Shown here piece after piece: positions 58,467-64,000 of a stretch of DNA of 64,000 bases. Location of the stretch: assembly GCA_963575745.1 (NCBI GenBank), contig CAUYUJ010000237.1, positions 310,001 to 374,000 on the forward strand, written 5' to 3'. A program made the translations under genes and the position numbers. The notes beneath the pieces are model-generated. The model had not been told where the DNA came from, ran no database searches, and was given only the letters and a program-made list of their open reading frames with translations. Each line of letters begins with the position of its first letter. The first letter of the stretch is position 1. Origin of the DNA: Prorocentrum cordatum. Its lineage: Eukaryota.

Positions 58467-61400
58467 TCAGGCGTTGCTCAGGCGCGCATCGGCACGCCTC
58501 GGCGCAGCCGGTGGATGTTCTTGGCCACCAGCAACGCGCGAGCTGCCAGCTCTGACGAGGCCGAGCCGCGCTTGCCTTCCAGCAGCTGCACGCCGCGGGC
58601 GACGCCCCTGGCCCCCATGACGGCGACCTGGCGGAGGAGCTTCCCGGTCTTTTCGTAGCGGGCCACCGACTTGGACGTGAGCCAACGGCCTCTCTTTTTG
58701 ATCTCCGCCAGGCTGAGCAGCTTCCGGTGGGCGGCCGTGGACGGCCCACCGTGGCGGGCTGAGTGCGGCGTGATGTTCAAGTCGGTCAGGCGGCAGCGCA
58801 CTGCCGCGTCTTTGATCTCCTTCTCGTAGCGGGGCAGCGTCAGAGGGGCCAAGAGCTTCGTGCCTTTGGGCGCCTGGCTTCTGAGGGACTGCAGCAGCTG
58901 AGGGATGAACGGCAGCCCGAGCCCTTCGAGCCCCACGACGACGGTGTCGTCGAACTCGCCTGACTTTGCCGGCTTCGCCGGCGTCGAGCTGCCTTTGGCC
59001 GCCTGCGGGGCCACAATGATGCAGGTCTGCTTGTAGCCGGCGGCGCTCGGCACGATGACGTCTTCCTTCTTCAGGTTCAGGATCTCCGAGGGCCGCGCGA
59101 ACGTGTCGTACTGCGTGAGAAACGCGAGCCCGGCGGCGGCTGCCGTGACTGTCGGCTGCCCCAGGAGGTCGAAGGCCAAGATGGCGGCGGCCTCGATCGG
59201 GCACGGGTCCTCCGACCGCGGCGGGTCGTCCTTGAGGAAGCCCTTGATGGCCCGCTGGCAGCGCGGAAGCGACCCCTTGGGCAGCGCCTTCACGAAGATG
59301 ATCGCGCACCGCAGGTTGCGGGGCGCGGAGACGTCGAGCCCTTTCAGGTACATTTCGTCGTTGATGTACTGCGCCGCCGCCTCGTCGAGGGTGTTTGTGC
59401 TCATCCTGTGCAGCTGCAGGCCTTGCTGGACCGCGTGGAGCTCGAACGCGTTGTATGCCTTGGCGTAGGTCCTGCGGGTCTCCTCCGACACGGACTGCGC
59501 CTCGACCTGCGTCAGGTCCGTGAGGGCCGGCGCCGCGGCTGCCACCGCACTCGCCGCCGCGCTCGCCCTGCGGGCGGCCCGCTCCTCGCGCTGGCCCGGC
59601 GCGGCTGCCGCAGGGCGCCGGGCGGGCGTCGCGAGGGCGGTCGCGGGGCGGCGCGGCTGCGTCGGAGCCTCCACGTCTGGCTGCGCCGCGGCCAGCACCA
59701 GAGCGTCGGGGGTCGACGCCTGGTCCGCTGCTGGTGCCGCCGCTGGTCGCCGTCGCGGAGGACGGTCTGGCTCGGTGTCGGCTGTCCGCGCCCTCTTGGC
59801 CTCCCGAGAAGCCTGGGTTGAGACATCCAGGGCCGATGTGCCGCCAGCTGGCGGGACAACTGACTCCCCAGCTGCCCACGGCGTGCTCCCACCCAAAGAC
59901 CATTCGGCACGGGCATCGAGGCGCACAAACCCCGGCAAGCGGCCTCCGAGAGCGACTGGAGGCCTCCAGGGCGGTCCACCTCCAGGCAGGGACGCCATGG
60001 CCAAGCGCCGCGCCTGGAGGAGCGGCCAGCTGGGCGCAGTGCGCCACCGCCCGGCACAGGCGCGGCGGGTACTTGCCCGCGAGCTCGGTGAGCCACACAC
60101 TGCAGAATCTGTTGTCGTTTGGGATCGTTACCTTTCCTTGCAAGATGATGTGAGGCCCAGAACACGAACACCGAAGCTGAATATATTCCTCAAGACGCGG
60201 TAGCGTGAAAGCGAAGCGAGTGGTCTTCCTATACGGTGTGCCGAACCTACACATGTCGAAATCAACGAACTTGGCCTCCAGCGACGACAGGGCCTGACGA
60301 AGGGGCTCCCATTCCCAGAGGGCCGAAGTTGCAGGGTTCTCGAGTGTGATGTAGATGAGGTGTTTGCTGAGGGCTCTCTTGATGGCCTTCAGGAACCTCA
60401 CGGTGACCTCTGCGCACTCGCGCCCCGAGACGGCCGCTGCAGACTGCGATGACCCCGTAGACCTCGCCCGCGAAGCCCACGTGCAGGGAGTCCCAAAGTG
60501 GATCCACCAAACACGCCCCTGAGCAATCCACTGGAGGATCAGGCTGATGATGCGCGGGTTGAGAAGGTCGAGGTGGGCACCGTTCCTTTTCTCAAACGGG
60601 GCTGCGACCTCGAGCCCGGTGTGTAGCACAGCACCACTGAGATGCCCGTGACCAGCGAACAGTTCGAGAAAGAAACGCCTCCTAGGCCGCGCCGCCGCGG
60701 GCGCCTTGCGCTCCGCCGCATGGCCGGGACGAGTCACACCGACAGCTCCCGGAGAGACAGCGTCTGCGCCACAAGCAGGAAACTCCCCCGAGCGATCCTG
60801 ACCGCCCTCGGTCCGCCTCAGCAGCAAACTCGCTACGGCGGCGCAGCGCTGCCGCGCCCGCTGCCGCTGTGACCCGCTCGGCACGAAGGTCTCGCCCGGC
60901 ATGAGCTCGCCCCGGTTGGCGCGGCGGGAGTCGAAGTCGGAGACACACCGCGCCGACTCCACGTGCCGCCGCCTCCAGTCAACGCCCGCTGCCCACTGCC
61001 ACGCACACGACTGTCGGCAGAGAGCGTTCAGGCCGAAGTCGGAGGCTCGGCCCCTTTCAGTGGCCAGCACGTCCGCCATGTTGTCACCCAGCGAGACCAC
61101 GATCGAGTCTTCGGCCGCCCGACAGACGGCCGCGCGTCGCAGCCCCATCAGCGAGGTCCGGCACTCGAGGATGTGGATCGGAAGTCTTGTGCTGCTCCCT
61201 GACCACGCCCCGGCCACAACCAGCCGCCAGCGCCCCGGGTGCGTGACCGTCTGCGGTACGGCCGGGATGCCCGTCTTGCTGAAGGACATCGGCCTCGGCT
61301 GCCGCTCCACGCACATCAGGTCGGCAGCCGCAGGCCGCTGATCTGGGGCCGCGGGGCCAAGCATCCCGTCTGCCCAAGCCGAGCCGATGCCGGCCCACCC

Positions 61401-63300
61401 AGCGGCGGGCTCACTGGGGGCCTCGCCGCCGGCCGACACCCCGCCAGGCTGCAGAACCTCGCGGAACCTCCAGCGCTCCTTCCAGCGCGCGAGCCCTGCT
61501 ACCTCCCGAGGCGCAGCTGGGGCCTCGTGGAGGGCGTAGCCGTCGCCGGAAGAGTCCGAGCAGAACAGGTGTCTAGAAAAACTGCGATTCAGGTCGACGT
61601 CCACCGTCAGCACGAGCGAGCGACAGATCCACAACTCGTCCCATACAGTCGACGAGAGCGGACGTACGTCCCCCCCGTGATCGAAGGCGAATCGGTACGC
61701 GAACTGCAAGCAGCTGAGTCCCGTAGGACGAAGCCCAAAGTGATGACACAGGTGCCCCAGAACAACACGAAGCGCGTCGCCAGAGCAGCGCCCCAAGCGA
61801 AGCAGCCGCCCCAGCGCGAGCCACAATCGCCAAGACCGCCGCGCGGTGTGGCGCAGGCGGCGGCGGCCGCCATCAAGGACCATACCGAGGAACTCGAAGT
61901 CCCGCTCGCCGTCGACGTGGTCGCGGAGGACGAGGCCCCGCTCTGCCAGAAGACGGAGCACCGTGCTGAACACCTCGCGACCTTCCTGAACCCCCATCGC
62001 CAACATATTGACATTATCGACGTACGGGGCCATGGCAGGGGCCAAGGGATGCAAAGTCGCTGGCCGCTGACGGTCCCCAACCAAGGTCGTCGGCAGCTGG
62101 TGGTGCTCAAGCGCCTGCCGCATCACGTCGCTGATCGTCTCGTTGCAGAAGTAGAGCGCCCAGCTCCAGCCCATGGCCATGCCCAGGAAGCAGGCCTCGA
62201 GACGTTCGTGAGCGTCCACCTGGGAGCGGCCACCGGCCCGCTCGTCATACACCTCGGTGAGAGTCGTTCCGAAGTCGGTGGCGATCTCGGCCGCCGTGCT
62301 GATGAAGCCCAGGCCGAAGTAGCTGGCCATGGTCTCGCACTTGAACTGGTAGAACCCGTCGGTCAGGTCCACACTGAACCCGCACAGCTCGGTGTCGCCG
62401 CCGCCCGCGGCCGGCGTCACCGAGACGCCGGCTGCCCTCAGCTCAGCCCCCTCGATCGCCACGGCCTCCGGCGAAGTCGAAAGCCGGGCGAGGGCGCTGG
62501 GCGCGGCCAGCCGCGAGAGCGGCGGCCGCTTGCAGAGCTTGTTGGTCCACCGCGCGTCGAGCACCAGCCGGAGCATGTTGTTCTTCTTCTTGACGAAGAA
62601 GCACCCAACCCGACTGTGGACCCGACGCCGCCAGGTGAGCAGACCGCTGCCCGACAAGGCCGACAAAAACACAATCATGTTGTGCCGTGACCCTTTGAGA
62701 ACCGGGTCCCAGTACGGCTTGCCTCTAAGGGCTCCGCTGTCCACGTCGGCGGCGAGCTCGGCGTCCGACTTCAAAATGTGGGTGGCTGGGTCGAGGATGA
62801 ACTCGGCAGCCGTCGCTGAAGTAATGGATGATACTTCCTTCGGCTGCAGGTCGCCCCGAGCCACACGGAGTCGAGAGATATCATAGGTGCCCAGCGCGGC
62901 ACCGCCAGTCAAGGTGCACAAGTCATCTGAGTGGAGGATGTCGGACAGCGCGGCCGACTCGCTCTCCAGCGGCAGATCCTGAAGCACGGGATCCAGGGCC
63001 GCGGAGGCGCGCTGCAAGGCCCGGCGCTGCCAGGCCGAGCACGCATCGAAATCGAGTTCACTGCCACGAAGCCCATGAAGAAGTGGACGTCGAGGCTGCG
63101 CCCGAGACAGGCTGGAGAGGGCCACGGCGTAGTCGCCGAGGAGCCGCTCCCGCAAGGGCGTGCCCTGCACCAGCCTCGAGATCGGCTGCCGAGGCAGCGG
63201 AGACTCCGCCCCCGCCAAACGGACAGGGAACGGTAGCGTGTCCCGAAGAGAAAGGGCCGCCGGACGTTGGGACCACACGCCGGCGGGACCGCAGCACGGC
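58467..63300 (-). CDS. Pol polyprotein: RT (~62620-61850), RNase H (~61570-60920), C5 DNA-cytosine methyltransferase (~60680-60030); frame open from 63920, start uncertain
   Basis: CFFVKKK..LRLVLDAR, VDLTDGFYQ, MAMGWSWA, YVDN, FLG; CSDSS..G, HILE, LGDN, SDFDSR; LELFAGHG, GTPC, LENP, MCRFGTPYRK, KYPPRLC. Confidence 0.88.
58478..60100 (-). CDS. Tyrosine recombinase (true start uncertain; catalytic domain about 59500-58480)
   Basis: FARPSEIL (R), KSGEFD (K), HSARHGG (HxxR), RGRW (W), ARYEK (Y). Confidence 0.92.
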   Translation of the reverse strand: MCGSPSSRASTRRACAGRWRTAPSWPLLQARRLAMASLPGGGPPWRPPVALGGRLPGFVRLDARAEWSLGGSTPWAAGESVVPPAGGTSALDVSTQASREAKRARTADTEPDRPPRRRPAAAPAADQASTPDALVLAAAQPDVEAPTQPRRPATALATPARRPAAAAPGQREERAARRASAAASAVAAAAPALTDLTQVEAQSVSEETRRTYAKAYNAFELHAVQQGLQLHRMSTNTLDEAAAQYINDEMYLKGLDVSAPRNLRCAIIFVKALPKGSLPRCQRAIKGFLKDDPPRSEDPCPIEAAAILAFDLLGQPTVTAAAAGLAFLTQYDTFARPSEILNLKKEDVIVPSAAGYKQTCIIVAPQAAKGSSTPAKPAKSGEFDDTVVVGLEGLGLPFIPQLLQSLRSQAPKGTKLLAPLTLPRYEKEIKDAAVRCRLTDLNITPHSARHGGPSTAAHRKLLSLAEIKKRGRWLTSKSVARYEKTGKLLRQVAVMGARGVARGVQLLEGKRGSASSELAARALLVAKNIHRLRRGVPMRA

Positions 63301-63301
63301 G

Positions 63302-64000
63302 TTAGCCGTCGCCGTCCTTGCCGTGCTTCTTCTTGTCCTTTTCCTTCCGCTTGGCCTCGAGCTCCTCCCGGAGCAGCCTGTTCTGCTTGAGGATGCGGGC
63401 CTCGACCTCGGCCTGCTGCGCGAAGTAGGTCGTGAACTGCTGCGTCGCCACTCCCCCCTTCTCGTCCTGGTTGTGCTCGATCATCTTGTGCAGGCCGTCG
63501 AAGCACGGGGACTTCGGATTGACCTTCACCGCCCGCTCGATCATCACGATCCGTCGGGCCGCCAGCTCCAGCGAGCCGCAGTTGGTTGGATCGAGCCCGT
63601 CGTACCCGACCGCCAGCCCCAGGATCTGCAGCAGCATCCGGTGCTCCCAGGCGACGGCGCTCTCCGCGTGCACCCCGGACTCGCGGACCCAGTGCACGTG
63701 GCACGTCGCCGTCGAGAGCCCAAGCGCGTGGATGCCCTGGAGCAGCTCGACGACCGCGCGTGGCCCCGGGTGGGGCCACGACGGCATCTTGGTGAGCTCG
63801 GCGGGCCTGAAGTTCTGCATGGCCAGGCCGAGCGGCTGGGCACCAGCAGCAGCGTCGTGCGACGCCGAGGACGCCAGCCGAGGGTCCCGGCCTGCGCCTG
63901 AGTGCTTGTCCACCAGCCACGCGCCCACCTCGCTGTTCGGCACGAGCTCGACGGCCAGCCAGCGCCCCGGCTGGCCAACCAGCGCCAGCCCGACTGAACC
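63302..64000 (-). CDS. Gag-like ORF of the YR retrotransposon (5'-truncated by the window edge)
   Basis: The frame is open to position 64000 and lies upstream of pol. It ends in a charged helix (ILKQNRLLREELEAKRKEK). Function is inferred from position. Confidence 0.7.
   Translation of the reverse strand, partial: GSVGLALVGQPGRWLAVELVPNSEVGAWLVDKHSGAGRDPRLASSASHDAAAGAQPLGLAMQNFRPAELTKMPSWPHPGPRAVVELLQGIHALGLSTATCHVHWVRESGVHAESAVAWEHRMLLQILGLAVGYDGLDPTNCGSLELAARRIVMIERAVKVNPKSPCFDGLHKMIEHNQDEKGGVATQQFTTYFAQQAEVEARILKQNRLLREELEAKRKEKDKKKHGKDGDG

Larger units (their letters stand above)
57568..64000 (-). mobile_element. Tyrosine-recombinase (DIRS-order) retrotransposon with C5-methyltransferase; 5' end lies outside the window
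   Basis: Uninterrupted gag-like, RT-RNase H-MTase and YR ORFs, followed by split direct repeats. Confidence 0.92.

Noticed and set aside
58478..60680. Bacterial or phage integrase-methylase contamination
   Set aside because: Both are part of a gag/RT/RNase H element with split direct repeats that is contiguous with eukaryotic microsatellites.
61239..63901. Long plus-strand ORFs opposite pol/gag
   Set aside because: Antisense shadows of high-GC3 coding sequence, with no motifs.

Overview
Repeat-dominated, GC-rich eukaryotic DNA. It is very probably dinoflagellate, because copies of the 22-nt dinoflagellate spliced leader (DCCGTAGCCATTTTGGCTCAAG) occur at 51953, 31194-31230 (tandem, minus strand) and, degenerate, at 10540. 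Nearly all ORF-track entries are artefacts of GC-rich satellites and microsatellites. The supportable coding content is: (1) an apparently intact tyrosine-recombinase (DIRS-order) retrotransposon at 57568->64000 (-), with a gag-like ORF, a pol ORF carrying RT + RNase H + a C5 DNA-cytosine methyltransferase, an overlapping YR ORF and B-A-B split direct repeats; (2) two decayed, diverged copies of a LINE (ORF1 zinc finger/coiled coil; APE-RT-CCHC-RNase H-zinc fingers) at about 23.4-30.0 kb (+) and 41.3-47.5 kb (-); (3) two decayed fragments of a CRE-like RLE retroelement; (4) spliced-leader-headed inserts, one encoding an F-box-like/coiled-coil protein and one a 49-aa basic peptide. The remainder is nested non-autonomous elements (three Helentron/DINE-like cassettes with different tandem-repeat cargo, a TIR element, Helitron-like ends), a 1.3-kb satellite, minisatellites and microsatellites. 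No rRNA, tRNA or CRISPR was seen. All domain calls are by-eye motif recognition; no searches were run.
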